A stretch of 49,373 nt of DNA from assembly GCA_026025075.1 (NCBI GenBank), contig JAPEUI010000118.1:1-49373 (forward strand). The letters are read 5' to 3'. This DNA is from Vezdaea acicularis. Taxonomy: Eukaryota. The position numbers and the translations under genes were made by a program. Under the pieces are notes generated by a model. It saw only the letters and a list, made by a program, of their open reading frames with translations, did not search any database and was not told the DNA's origin. Of this stretch, positions 36,077 through 49,373 are shown one piece after another (within the stretch, counting starts at the first letter, position 1; every line of letters starts with the position of its first letter).

Positions 36077-37210
36077 ATTCACCTTATGACCAGCATCCGC
36101 AAGACTGGACTTGTGGAGGGTGGCGAAGATTTCTTGTCCGTGATATTAGTCTGGAGATGCTGTCCTAGCTTGTTTCTAGATCTCCTTGCTCGTTTCGATT
36201 TTCACTCACGATTCTAGCATCTTGGCGAACATGGTCGTCTGATGCCTTTGCTTTCGGAGTTCTGCATTATGACCTCCACCTAGTGGATATGTAGCATATT
36301 TAGCTCGGACGCTTCCCAGAGGACTCGCAATAGCAAAGATGGCCGGAGTCGTTTTCGCGCCTATTTCTCGTGCGTCAGGAGTTCTTTGGCATGGTAGGCT
36401 TTTTCAAGGTAATGATAGCTACTTCCCGGTTATAGCATGGCGAATATTCGGGGCGTTTTCGGTTCTCTCGAAGATATCAGGTTCGCGTTGTGCATTCAGT
36501 GGTGGTATTTCACGGACCGGTTGTGCTTTGATCAAGAAATTCGCTCTGGGAATTTCTTTCACATGGACTATAGCGTAATAATCATAGGGAGAGAGGAAAC
36601 TTCACAGTAATTACGGTCATAATTCCGACGAGCTAACATCAACGGACGTTACTCACCTCCACCATCTGGATTCTACAGGATGATTTACATCTCTCTTTCG
36701 AACCATCCTACAGGAGTTAATCTTGCATCCGCCAACATAGGCTAATCACATTCGCTTTCACGACAGCAAGGATCTCTGGATAGGTCGGCCTACCCCGTTC
36801 GAAGTCGTCTGCATGCTCAACATGATCCTGCAAGTAAAAAGATAAGAACTACCTACCTAAAAAACAAAATAAAATAAAAAAAATTGGGAGAGCCTCTTGC
36901 CTAGATTCTGAAAGACATCATTCTTGCTGTGTATATCGACTCAGCATGATGTTTCTTATGTATCTAAGCAATGAAACACTCATTATCTTCTATTTTCATA
37001 CTGATTGATGAGACTTCTATAATTGTTCAAAGTCTTCCAATGTACATCTAGCATTTTGAGGTCTAGCCTGGTCCGTGTGATATACTTGATCAAATTGTAA
37101 GCTCGCGGCAAAACAGCAGCTGATAAGCAATTCAACTTAGTATTACTGAACTTTCTGAGCCTAGGATCATTAGAACCCTCCCTCAACTGCTCAAAAATCC
37201 TACAAACGAT

Positions 37211-38016
37211 TTAATCTGATGGCGCATCCGTTAGAGGGACATATTGGACTCCGTAGAGCTTCTCCTGCTTGACCTCTCCATCGCTGTTCTTGTCTACGAC
37301 GTAGATATGTTGCATGTACCCGCTCTCCACTGGAATAAACAATCTCCCCGGGGCCTTCAGCTGGTCTACTAGACTCTCATGCATTTCCTTGGCGGCTGCA
37401 CCAACGTGAATTGCGTCATACTTGCCCCCCTCGGCCCACCCTAGTCGTCCATCGCCTTTCACGAACTTTACCCGTCCAGTTTCGAGAAGCTCTTTCCCTT
37501 CTACGCTCTTCTTTACGTTAGTTTCGGCCATGTCAATGAGACCCTGTATATGATCTATTCCAACGACGGTGCCAGTTGGGGCGACTAGATGTGCAAGGAC
37601 ATGGGTGAGATATCCAGAACCTGAGCCAATATCGAGTATACAAGCACTTGGCGTTAGGAAGGGTAGAAGTGATTCACATGCCTGATGGGGGTTTTGATGT
37701 GTTAGAGAGGGGTTTCAAGCTATAAAACTAGTAGTGATTGTAAGACTTGCAGATGCGTGCATATGCGGAGCAGAGATGGTAGCATTGAAGCCTATGGCTT
37801 GAGGAGAGTCCTCGTATGGGGCACGAGGAGCATAGTGGGCGCGATCTACCTATATGAAACGAATGTTTAATGACTTGTGCTCTGTTTTATTGCCATGATT
37901 GGGACAGCACTCACAGCCATCATAGCAGCCTTGACGCGCTCCGACTTTATCAGGCCATTAGATGCTAGGTTGCCGATCAAGGTGGCGTTAGTTGTGCCAG
38001 AGCTCCGCCAAGCCAT
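37211..38016 (-). CDS. PCM1: Protein-L-isoaspartate O-methyltransferase, 3 exons (second intron GC-AG, 37750-37682)
   Basis: [62 protein letters not shown] and YVPLTD. Confidence 0.95.
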
Positions 38017-38262
38017 CGTGGTCACTTCAAGTGCATCAGAAGCTCTCCCATAAGCCAAGTCTGAGAGGATACATTAACCTAATCTTCAATAGCTCGCGGG
38101 GTTACCATCACAATTGCATCGTTTGTTTAGCTAATGGTGGGGTCCTCATTGCAAGCGAGGAACCCGTGCCCCCACCATCATCGTGACCCCCGGTCTGCGA
38201 ACACATGGGGTGCATGGTTGAGGTTATTTGAATGATTAAAACATAATGTGTAATTATTGTAT

Positions 38263-39648
38263 CTATATGTACTTCTTTTCGGGATCTATTCTATCAAAGG
38301 CCTCTATAGTTTTTTCGTACCTAGCAGGATCAGTACATGTTTAGAAAGATTCATGCTATGATGCTTACATTGTAAATACGATGCCTCCACTTAACTGCAC
38401 ATCCTCTCTGTTATTGTCTGCTATTGTCATGAGAGGAGTCGCGTGGCCTGCTTACCATTAATCTTGCCAAACGTGGCAGCGCTCCCGACCAAAATGTCAA
38501 GAATCCTTCGTTCCGAAATATCTTTTGAGCACAAATAAATGAGTTTTTATACTCCTTCCGGGCCTCAATAGACTGCATCCTATTCCTCAAAATGAGCTGC
38601 ATGAACCGTAAAACGAACTCTTTCGCGCCTTACCTTGTCTTTATTGTGTCAAGCGGCTGCGTCACATAACTTTTGATCCCATGTTTAGTATTTAACAACC
38701 TAGATCGATTCTTACCCACTCACACTGTGATTAGACCTGCCACACCCCCAAGCCCGAATGTGCTGACTGTCCCAAGCTTCTCTCCTGGCGCAACGTAACT
38801 CTGTGCAAGCTGCCTTAACAATGTGTAGCTTCCAAATCTTGTTGCGGAATTGGCAGCTTGCCGTGCTGTTGTAGGGACGAATCCCTGGAAAAACCCTCGT
38901 ATTCCCCGCTCTCTTGCGATAATAGTTGACCCATGGAGGAATCCCCGCATTCGAGGATTTGCGGACTTGCGATCATCAATACTAGAATGCCCTTCATGTT
39001 AGCGCTGTTCATGATGGGCGCTTGATAAGGAAGGCGAACAGAGTTGTCTTAATGCTTTCGAATGGAGTGACTGCCAGCAGTGACTCAGTTACACCTGCTC
39101 CAAAACCTGCAATTACTGTCCTCGGGCCCGAGATGTTGCCATTCTCGTCTTGCAGCAAGCTCTTATACTGGTCGAACGCAACAAATCCTGCATCCCCAAT
39201 CAGACATTGTGCATTGAGCAAGACCTTATCTCGAGCAATCCTTACTTATTCCAGCCTTTAAAGAATTTCCAATGATTAAAGTGGTACATCCTGCATACCA
39301 AGCTGTACCAAAAGGAGGCCAGGGAAGCTTCTTTCCGTCAGCTAGCCGTCGATTGAGCTGTGTTCGAGTTTTGGCAACTTAAGTAGATACGTTGTTAGTT
39401 GCAGATCATGGTTTCACTCCGGAGTAATTTACACTCAGCAGGATATGTTATTGCTGAGCATTAATTTCAGTACATCGTCTCATAAGGAGTGTTCTTGGAG
39501 AGATACCGACCGATTTCGACTGCGCCAGCAGTTGAACCTGCGATGATTGAGCGCAAGGCACTGGGCTATCAAGAGCTTAGCAGGGTCAATTCAGGAGTGA
39601 GCTCGCACGAAAACGAACTCTATCCTTCTTCTTATCAGCCTCTGACAT
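38263..39648 (-). CDS. CTP1: Mitochondrial tricarboxylate (citrate) carrier, SLC25 family, about 10 exons
   Basis: Three carrier signatures TYPAEFAKT, TPFESIKT and TQPLDTIKT; also GNSLKAGIRF, TTARQAANSATRF, PRLARL and YEK. Confidence 0.88.
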
Positions 39649-39929
39649 AGTAATGGTAAGTGTAGAGGGTTGACACAGTGACAGCAACAGCTCGTTGTGC
39701 CTGTCAATCAGCGAGTAACCTTGTTTATCAACTAAGCTAGCCTCGCCAAGATTTCTTTCTCGCTTCGGGAATCTTGACCATTCTTCTCGCACAATTTCTA
39801 ACGCCGTTCATAACTTGACGAGTCATCTATACTAGCCATCTTCAAATTTTATAAGGCATTGAGATTGGTGTCTTGAGTCAAACACCCATGTAATACGATG
39901 AAATTCGCAAGGTGACAATCTTCATCTTC

Positions 39930-41659
39930 ATGATGAGGGATAGTTTGGAGGTATGTCATATCATTGTTGCCACCCCACAATTGACCTGCGGCTCACAGAA
40001 TTGCTCCATCCAGGCGCGGCTCAAGAGTCATGCAGAAGCCTTCGATGGCCTCTTATCACTGATCCCTGCAAAATACTATTATGGAGAGGACAATTCAGTA
40101 AGTTTTCGAACTTCAAACTTTGATGTTGAGAGGTGTTAGTGTTGATCTCTTAACGCGCCTGACAGGACCAATGGCAGCGAAAGAAACAGACAAAAGAGGA
40201 AAGTCGACGAGCGAAACGAGCAAAGCTAGATCCGGATTCTGCGAAAAGCGTAAAAGACGTACGAGACGAAGACGAGAGAAGACGAAAATGCGCCGTGGAC
40301 GAGAACTTAGATGCTGATGGAAATGTAATGGAACGCGCGAAGGAAGGCCTGAAGATAGCTAAAATCAAGGATAGGAGGCACAAAACAGACCTCAAGCGAG
40401 AGAAGACCCTACTTGAAAGCGCACAATCTGAGGATCGACCGACGCCAGACGCCAATGCTGAAGAGTCGCTTATCGATAGTACAACGAGCACCTCTACAAG
40501 TAAGAAAGCCAAGCTGGAAAGGCGTAAGGAGAAGAAAGATCTCAAAAAGGCAAAGAAGGCTGTAAAGGAATTCGCTCCACCGAAGCAAGAAGCTGGGAGG
40601 AAAACTGGCGAAAAAAATCACCCTTTAGAGCTTGTCATCAACGATGTCGCAAAGTTGGAGACTGCTGAGCCAAAAGATGTACCTCTGCTTCTGAGCGCGG
40701 AGACCGCGCAATATCAGAGATCCCCGCCGTCACATAGCTCTGTTTCTCCACCCGAGTCACCTATTTTCGATGCCTCGAATCGACCTTCTGCATCATCTTC
40801 AACGTCGTCTTATTTTCCGCCATCCCCAACGACCAAACCCATAAAACAAAGCATTATACCGTCGAATTCTGAAGAATTACGAGCCCGACTAGAGAAGAAA
40901 CTTAGCGAGCTTCGCGCACGGCGAAAAGCGGACGGCCCGGATGGAAGCACTGCGAGAAATCGACAAGAGCTGGTGGAGGAACGTAGACGGAAAGAGGAGC
41001 AACGGCAAGCACGTAAGAAGGAACTGCGACTCAAAGCGCGTGAAGAGGAGCGTCAGCGTAGAGAAGTCGCATTGACTGCCTCATTACAAAATCCTCCCCT
41101 TTCTTGGGCAACCGGTTCAAACGCAAGTCCTCTTGTGCGAAGCCCTCTCCAAATGGGGGCTGAAAACAACTTCTCCTTTGGACGTCTCGTTTTTGAAGAC
41201 GGCCAGCAAGTTGACTCCTCGCTGACTAAACTTCTCGATTGCCGAAAACGCAAAGGCCCTTCAGACCCTCACAGCGCTCTTCAAGCCGCAGAGTCTAAGC
41301 GTCAACGACTCGCTGGTCTCGATGAATCCAAGCGTACGGATATTGAGGAAAAAGATCGATGGCTCAACGCCCGAAAGCGCGTTTATGGGGAAAAGGTTCG
41401 GGATGACACAAGCTTACTTAGGAAAACCCTAAAGCGTAAGGAGAAGCTAAAAAAAAGGAGTGAACACGAGTGGAACGGTCGCATTGAGGGCGTAGAGAAG
41501 GGTAAAGAAATAAGGCAGAAGAAGAGGGAGGATAACCTTCGAAAAAGGAGGGAGGAGAGGGGCAACAAAGGAAAGAAGCCGAGTGGCAAGAAGGCTACGA
41601 AGAAGTCAAGCCGTCCCGGATTCGAGGGCAGTTTCCGAGCGAAGCATAGCACAAAGTAG
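39930..41659 (+). CDS. RRP14: Ribosome biogenesis protein Rrp14 (SURF6 family), 3 exons
   Basis: RLKSHAEAFDGLLSLIPAKYY, QWQRKKQTK...KLDP, LRARRKADG, GEKVRDDTSLLRKTLKRKEK, RQKKREDNL and RPGFEG. Confidence 0.93.
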
Positions 41660-41919
41660 AATTGAGCGAACGGCTTCAGTTCCTGAATAGCGAGCACAAC
41701 CCAAGGCGGGACTTGGCATATGCGTTGGTTCCCTACATAGCGCGCTTTTAGAGCGAAGTAGGCAATTTTGCAATGAAACCTATTCTGTCTAGAGAATATA
41801 CCCTGCTCCCTTTTCTGGGGGGGGACAGTGCTCCCTTGAACGTAACGAGGAAAAACGCCTAGATCATATGTACAATCTTGAATACAGGATGGAGATGTTG
41901 TCAACGCCTTTTACGTATG

Positions 41920-42757
<838 letters not shown>

Positions 42758-42862
42758 CTCGAGGGTGATACGACGTGAAATCGAAGGTTGTGTCTGTGGC
42801 CCTCTAGTCGTGATGTCGATATTGTCAGACGAATTTGAAAGGATTCAATTGGTAGAATTCTA

Positions 42863-42870
42863 CACGTGAT
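42863..42870. promoter_or_regulatory. bHLH/Cbf1-type E-box (ATCACGTG on minus strand) in the centre of the NDUFS8-ACP bidirectional promoter
   Basis: CACGTGAT lies nearly midway in the 227-bp head-to-head gap and matches RTCACRTG. Confidence 0.45.
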
Positions 42871-42984
42871 CCGCTCTCCCGAGCTTTCGCTAGCAAAATT
42901 CGTGACCTACAATGCTGTACAAGCATAAAGCTCAGGTATTCACATTCAAGTCTTCAAGATTTACGATCTCTTCAATTCTTCAGC

Positions 42985-43659
42985 ATGATAATGGCTGCCT
43001 TATTGCGGTCCACAAGATGTGCTATTAAAGTGCCAGCACCTGCTTACAGTATGATCAGTCGGTCCGCTCGATCCAGCTTCCTCAATCGATCAGCACAGCT
43101 TGCTCCCACCGTCTCTTGTCCGGCAATAAGACGTTATTCCGCCCCAGCAGGGTTGGCGAAGCCGGAAGTTGAAGGGCGGATAATGGACTTGCTCAAGAAT
43201 TTTGATAAGGTAGGTTGGAAGTCATAAAGTGTGTGACGAACTTATCGACTAACACTCAACTAGGTGAATGATGCATCGAAGGTACTTTCTCTGAATGCCA
43301 AAACAATGCTCCGATAATCTGACGCTCTACAGATTTCAAGCACATCACACTTTTCGAACGACTTAGGATTGGACAGCTTGGATACTGTTGAGGTGGTTAT
43401 GGCGATCGAAGAGGTAGGACAAGCATAATGGTATGCTGTTGATCATACTAAGGTCTACTACAGGAATTCAGTATTGAGATACCTGACAAGGAGGCTGATG
43501 CCATCCAGAGTAGTATGTCATCTCAAGACTGATACATTCAACTAGTCATTAACGATATTGCAGTCGAAAAAGCGGTCGATTACATTCTAGAGCAACCTGA
43601 CGGTACGAGTCATCTTCCGCACAATGTAGGCCAGAACTGACCTCTTTAAAGCGCACTGA
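42985..43659 (+). CDS. ACP1: Mitochondrial acyl carrier protein (NDUFAB1/SDAP), 6 exons
   Basis: Presequence, then LLKNFDK|VNDASK|ISSTSHFSNDLGLDSLDTVEVVMAIEE|EFSIEIPDKEADAI, including the phosphopantetheine DSL motif. Last exon encodes AH-stop. Confidence 0.96.
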
Positions 43660-44189
43660 GACGTGAAGATTGGGGAGAAATACGGCGTGGGTGCAGGAGC
43701 GGTGGGCTGGTCCAAGTGGCTTTCTTGATTAGCAGGAACATGTACAGCATTACAATCCATTAACAAGCCTCTTATGTCAAATGTTGCCATACTGTATCAA
43801 TTACAAGATCTTCCCTGCATATTATATGGACATCCGTGCTGTGACGTAGGAATGGCAATCGTTATCAACCCCCTAAAGTTTGTAGGTTCATGAGGCTTCA
43901 AATTATTTAGCGAGGCACCAAAAGCCCACGGATTTACCTGGTTGTCCTTGCGTTCAATAAACAAAAAACGAAATCATATCTGCGCAGACAATTCATGCCT
44001 GGCTTTAGGACTGTGAAGCTTTAAAGTCTTGATAGGCCTACCTATGACGATATTGCTCACGTCATCTCTTCGCGCACATATGTTATCTCATTAAGCATCG
44101 CCAGAGACGCTCACCAGCCAGACCAAGATCTCAACGACAGGCCTCCGGCGGGTCGGACATTCCTTACCATCAGAATCAATTCACAAAGG

Positions 44190-45523
44190 ATGATGTCTGC
44201 TTCAGGCGGGCTCACGCGCCGGAGAGGAGCGCCTACAGGGACTGATAACGCCGAGGACGATACCAGCCGCGTCAGCTCTCCTGTGCCCAAGTCAGGAGCT
44301 GGGGCCGAGTCCAGAGGTCCAGAGACATCATATTCAAGCGGCGAGAATGGGCACAAGATAGCGTTTGATCCTAGAGATATCAGTGAGAGTGAGGAGAGGA
44401 ACAAGCAACCGAAGTTGACGCTTATGGAGGAGGTGCTGTTGTTAGGTTTGAAGGACAAGCAGGTGAGCGGTGTTCAGCAGGCTTTCCCACGAGACATCAG
44501 TCCCACTAAAGCATTACGTCAAGGGTTACCTTTCGTTCTGGAATGACAATATCTCATACGCACTGCGGGGTTGTATTGTCATTGAATTGGCTTTCAGAGG
44601 TCGCGTGAGTATGGAGAAGGACTCGTCAAGAAGGAGATTTCCACTCGCGGACAGGGTCATTGAGGTTATTGATGATACTCTAACTGGAGAAGTCTTGCTG
44701 GACGAGGCTTTGAAAATGATGAAGTCAAGTGAAAAGATGAGCGTAAGCTCCTGGATAGATCTCATGAGTGGTGAGTAGCTCTCGGCCTTCGATATAGACG
44801 GCTGCATTTCACCAAGCATTAACATCGTTGGGGAAAATCTAGGTGAAACATGGAACTTGATGAAAATCGGATATCAATTAAAACAAGTCCGGGAACGCCT
44901 AGCCAAAGGTCTTGTCGATAAAGGAATCCTACGCACAGAGAAGCGAAACTTCCTCCTCTTCGACATGGCGACCCACCCCGTTGCTGATGGCGGTGCCAAG
45001 GACGAGATAAGACGGCGGGTTCGGAACGTGCTCACGAATCGAACTGTGGTGCTCCCCGCAAGCCAGTTCCTACCAGAAGAGATGGAGTTTCGGTACACGC
45101 GAACGATAGCCATGGTCTGTGCAGCGTATGCGGCGAATGTGCTCGAGAATGCGTTGGCGACGCTCGGTCACGAGGCCAGGGAACGAGCGTTCACGCAAGT
45201 CGATGAACTCCTGGCCGAGTATTCCCAGTGGCCGTTTGGAAAGAGAGCGAGCGGGACAGCAAGCATTGGCGCAAATCTGAGCCAGGTCATATCGGACGAG
45301 ATTACAGCTGCCAAAGACAAGGAGTTGCAATTGGAGGTGATTAGAGGCTCCCCCCCCCCCTTTCCCCTTTCCCCTTTCCCCTTCCCCCTACCCCATCCCG
45401 TCCCCTTCTACATTCCGTTCGGTCGATGACCTTGTTTTCCTGTCAAAGTGCTGATGGGTTTTTCGTTCACAGGTAGTGGCTGCTTGCCTCAGCGTATTCA
45501 CACGACTCGATTCTTTGCTTTGA
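44190..45523 (+). CDS. VPS74: Golgi phosphoprotein 3 / Vps74, 4 exons
   Basis: [72 protein letters not shown] and [10 protein letters not shown]. Confidence 0.96.
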
Positions 45524-45892
45524 AGGACGGTCCATCCATGGCAAAGGTACGCACACAGATAAGTAAGAGGAGTTCGAGGTGGTTAGGGCAACTGGCGTGG
45601 AGAGGGGGGGGGGGGGCAAGGCATCGGTGCGATGTAAAGCCGGCAGTCCGAGTGCCTCGTCTCCTGAGACGAAGCGCATCGCGGCCATCCGCGTCTTCGG
45701 GCTGAAAGGCATCTTATCTCTCTCACGACCATCATCGCCACATGTGGGGTTCTGTTGGCGGGTCTCATTGTCTCTGGGTGTCTCATTCAATATGGGGCGC
45801 ATCTCGTTCATTTCAATTTGTAGTCGCTTCTCTGGCTCTTTTCAGCGCATGCAGCTGTGTTCGGGCACGCTCTCGCCACCCGAATCCTGCTT

Positions 45893-45914
45893 TCTCTCTC
45901 TCTCTCTCTCTCTC
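45893..45914. repeat. (TC)11 microsatellite
   Basis: Uninterrupted TC dinucleotide run downstream of VPS74. Confidence 0.85.
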
Positions 45915-47443
45915 CACCTCTCGTCACATGGATTGTGTGTAGCCTCCTCAAACATATTATATCTAACAAACCACATTGCCATTTCATGCTTGTACCCTCC
46001 CCGCTAGGCCACATGGTGAACGAACCAGCATAAGAGGCGGCAGGAGGAGCATGCCGAGGCGTCAAGCCCAGATCCATGGCGAGGATTCGGAGATCTGAGT
46101 TTAAGCGAGGGCGGCGGTGGCATCAGACCGCAACAGCACGCCATGAACCGTTCTGTCATGGCGCCGCCTTCACGCACAGTTCCATTCACCTGTAGCGCAC
46201 CTTGCCCAAGATTGCGCTGTTATCCTCCGCTAAGTTGAAGTTCAAAGCGTCGCGGCGGGCGGAGATGAGCATGCCCTAGCTCGGAGCCGAGGGATGAGGC
46301 TTGAGGGGAATTTGTGGAAGGCGAAGGTTTGGACGAATAATGTCGATATGGCTCGTAGATTTTTACGGATAACAATCCTGCAAATGGCCAAGGCCAATTC
46401 TCCCTTTCGAGCGAAGTGATGGACAGATGCGTCATATCTCCTCAAAGGGGAGGTGTTAGAATAGGGCAGAGTAATTGGCAGACACGTTTCGTGGTTGACA
46501 TCTGATGAAAATGTTGTAAGGCTTTCGTCACAGGCCGTTTCGACGTTCCTGACGGGTTAGCCAGGTTCCGTCCCATCCCATCTAGTCCCGAGTGGGGGAA
46601 AGCGCGTTGAGCAATTGACAAATAACAAGTGCTTGGCCCAGCGCAAATGGTTCTTGACGTCTCGTGGGATTTGGCGGCGCCGACGTGGGTTGGGGGATGC
46701 GCGTGCACTAGGCCGGCGCCATGACACAAGGGGGCCTTCACGGCCGATAGGCGAGCGAGATCGAGCTAGCCGGATGGGGCAAGGCGGTCCGATCTAGGCA
46801 TCCACGCTTGACGGCGAACGAGGCCGGGACGATCGCACGCTTGCACGCCTGCACTTTTGGCGACGCGATGCGACGTGGACGGACAGGAGGTGCGCCGCTG
46901 ATGGGAGGATAGCATTCTCAATCGCCATGTTGCCATTCTTTCTGTCTCTCTCATTTAGCCAAGGGCACCCTCTCCCGCTCCTCGATGCTCAGGCCATAGC
47001 CACAGTGCGTCGGACGACGCCGCCGATCAGGACGCGTCTCTGGCGGAAGAAGTTTCGCCCGCCTTAACTCCGGATGATGTCTGTCGTGCTGTGTCCGCTG
47101 GTCGGCTCGACGGATCCGACAGAACGGCAGATCTTCCAGAAGCCTTCTCACATCCTTCCGCCTTCTTATCTGGCACTGGCCAGTGCGAGTGCGGATCAGA
47201 TGCGATGCGAGGTAAGGGGGCGCGCACTTTTGCCCACCCGCGTTCCCGGCCTGCCTCTGCCGCCGAGGCAATGGGGGGCTTGCCAACAAGCTCCCGCGAG
47301 AAACATCCCTCGCTTCGGGGGGTTTCTTCGAAATGTGGCCGTGTTGCCGACGCCAGTCTAGACGCATCTCAAATGCGTCCGTGATTGAGTTCTTGAGATC
47401 GCAAGATAACGACGATGGGACGTGCCACAAAGCCCCGCACAGC

Positions 47444-47780
47444 AGAGAGAGGCGAAGAGAGAAAACAGAGAGGGAGAGCGAGAGGGAGAGCGAGAGGTGA
47501 ACGGGGGCAGCGTCGGGTGTGACGCCAGTGGGGGCGCGTGATTGGGGCGGAGGCGGAGGAGCCGAGGGGGGGCAGACGCTAGTCGCGGACTAGACGTGGC
47601 CCGCGCTTGCCCGACTCGGCTACGCCGCTGCTCAAAGGGAAGGACCGACCAGTGAAGCCGACTCGGGGGGGAAGGGGCGCGTGAGGGGAGCAGATCTGGG
47701 GGGCGGGAAGGGGCAAGGGAAGGAGAGGGGGAGGGAAGGAGCGAGGGAGGGCAGGAGAGGAGGGAAGGAGGGGGGGAGAG
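47444..47780 (+). repeat. Purine-rich low-complexity tract with many G-runs (G-quadruplex potential)
   Basis: GAGAGGGAGAGC-type units at 47444-47500 and dense GGG+ runs at 47664-47777. Confidence 0.7.
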
Positions 47781-48372
47781 CGAGTGAGCATTGCGTGGTC
47801 CCAAGGGCGCGGGCTCGATGGCGGAGGGTTCGCTGAAAGAGACGAGGGGACGGCCCATCGATGGGCCGGTCGAACGGTGAAAGGTGACCGACTGTCCGCC
47901 AACCCGCCCGCCGCTCGCAGTCGCACACCGCGGGCCCTTACCCTCTTAATCCCGCATCGCCCGTTGCCGTTCGACCGTCTCAACTTGCTCACAACATCCT
48001 CATCGAGTTCACGAATATCACCACTTGCTTTGCTCCAATCTCGAAGAACATTGGGTGTTGTCGGTTGTTGGGCAACCTGTGCGCTGCCTCCCATCGATCT
48101 CTGCTCAAGCCACTCGGTTATCGCCCGAAAGTCGATGCAATCGAGATCTGAAGAGCTCCTTGCAACAAAACATAAAACACAGCGATCCGCGTGAACCTAC
48201 GAGGAGAAGCATCGAATAATTCTTCAAACCTTCGATCATAACAAAGACTTGAAAGTCGATTGATTTGCCCAAATCAAATCAATTGGACCTTCCTGGTCGC
48301 TTTCAGTAAAAGTCGCCGACCACTTCATCTCATCTTAATTCGGGTGGCGAAATATTCGTCTCTCCGACCACC

Positions 48373-49373
48373 ATGCCTCCGCAGCGAACGATTCCACCAG
48401 CGAAGGCTGTGAAGACTGAGAGAACGCACGAAGAGAATCAGGAGCGGTATGATTTGATTTTAGTACTCATGAAAATTTCGTCAAAAATCTAATATTTCTT
48501 CTAGAGCATATATCGCCGCGTCAAGGCGGAGTGATCGAAGTCTCGAAGCCCGAGTTGAGTCGGCTAGGCGAGCATCCGAGATTCACAAGAGGAGAACTGG
48601 TCGGTCGCTCAGAGTCACCGAGCAAGATGTGGTCAACGAAGAGATGTACGAAGAGGAGGATGATGACTTGCCAATGCAATATCGACGCCTCACCGCCCAT
48701 CTCCAGACCGGCTCCGTCGATTTCAATCGCAGGCTTCACGCATATTTGACGAACCATGTAGCGATGCGGAGTGCTCTCGATCAGGCCATCACCAACACCT
48801 ACGCAGCACAGTATCCGAACGCTCCCCAGTTCGCTCACAATCAGTCCGTGTTTCCGTCGCCAATGACTCCAGGACAGATGATGCCACCAACGTCACCGTC
48901 CGTATATCGAACTGCACCATACCCCATACCGGGCGCTCAGGCTCATCAGACATCTCATGCGCGAGCATCATCAATTGCCAACCCGCAGATGAACACCTGT
49001 GGTGGGTTTCGTTCTGCTTTTGATCACACTTTTGAAAGCCCCCCTAAGTCGCCACCCACCGATCGTCGAAGTTCTATGCCAGCGGTGACTGGCACCGCAG
49101 CTTCCACTAACCCACCCTCTCCGTCAAATTCATCACGTCTCACCCTTGATACCACGTCGTCTTTTCATTCTGACGCTGCGGGCCGTGCCGACACCCCATC
49201 ACAGCAGTTCCAGGCCAACCCGATGCAGCAAAACAGCACCCAATTTGACATGAGCCCGCTTCAGGGTGGCTTCAGTCCATTCACCACTTCTTTACCAATG
49301 GAATCACAGATGATGCTGGGCCCTGCTCTGGACCCTAACGACCCTTTCACTGCTCAGCTCATGGCTGGTAGTA
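48373..49373 (+). CDS. Conserved fungal hypothetical protein (possible transcription regulator), 3' end outside the window
   Basis: ATG at 48373 and intron 48447-48504 give RTHEENQER|AYIAASRRSDRSLEARVESARRASEIHKRRTGRSLRVTEQDVVNEEMYEEEDDDLP, a motif I recognise from uncharacterised ascomycete proteins. The frame stays open to the window end, so it is absent from the ORF track. Confidence 0.8.

Noticed and set aside
45448..48219. Numerous overlapping 60-170 aa ORFs in the GC-rich gap
   Set aside because: Low-complexity P/R/S/G translations in all frames with no recognisable motifs; expected from high GC and few stop codons.

Overview
Left end of a chromosome from a filamentous ascomycete (Pezizomycotina-type proteins and intron signals). 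About 21 copies of the (CCCTAA)n telomere repeat are followed almost at once by a compact, transposon-free run of about 20 mostly conserved, intron-containing genes: GT90/CAP10-like glycosyltransferase, PET112/GatB, arginase, a secreted PEBP, a DUF6594-like protein, an F-box/YccV protein, a hypothetical protein, a UCH37/BAP1-like deubiquitinase, POM152, UTP22, cystathionine gamma-synthase, SMC6, DHH1, PIMT, a mitochondrial citrate carrier, RRP14, NDUFS8, mitochondrial ACP, VPS74, and a conserved fungal protein running off the right edge. I see no recognisable novel multi-gene system. The strongest oddity is a UTP22 that appears to have lost most of its first Nrap domain by an in-frame deletion. 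Other points of interest are the near absence of a subtelomere, candidate structured RNAs in intergenic gaps, uORFs on arginase and DHH1, and a head-to-head pair of complex I genes. All gene calls and splice models were made by eye from motifs; no searches were run.
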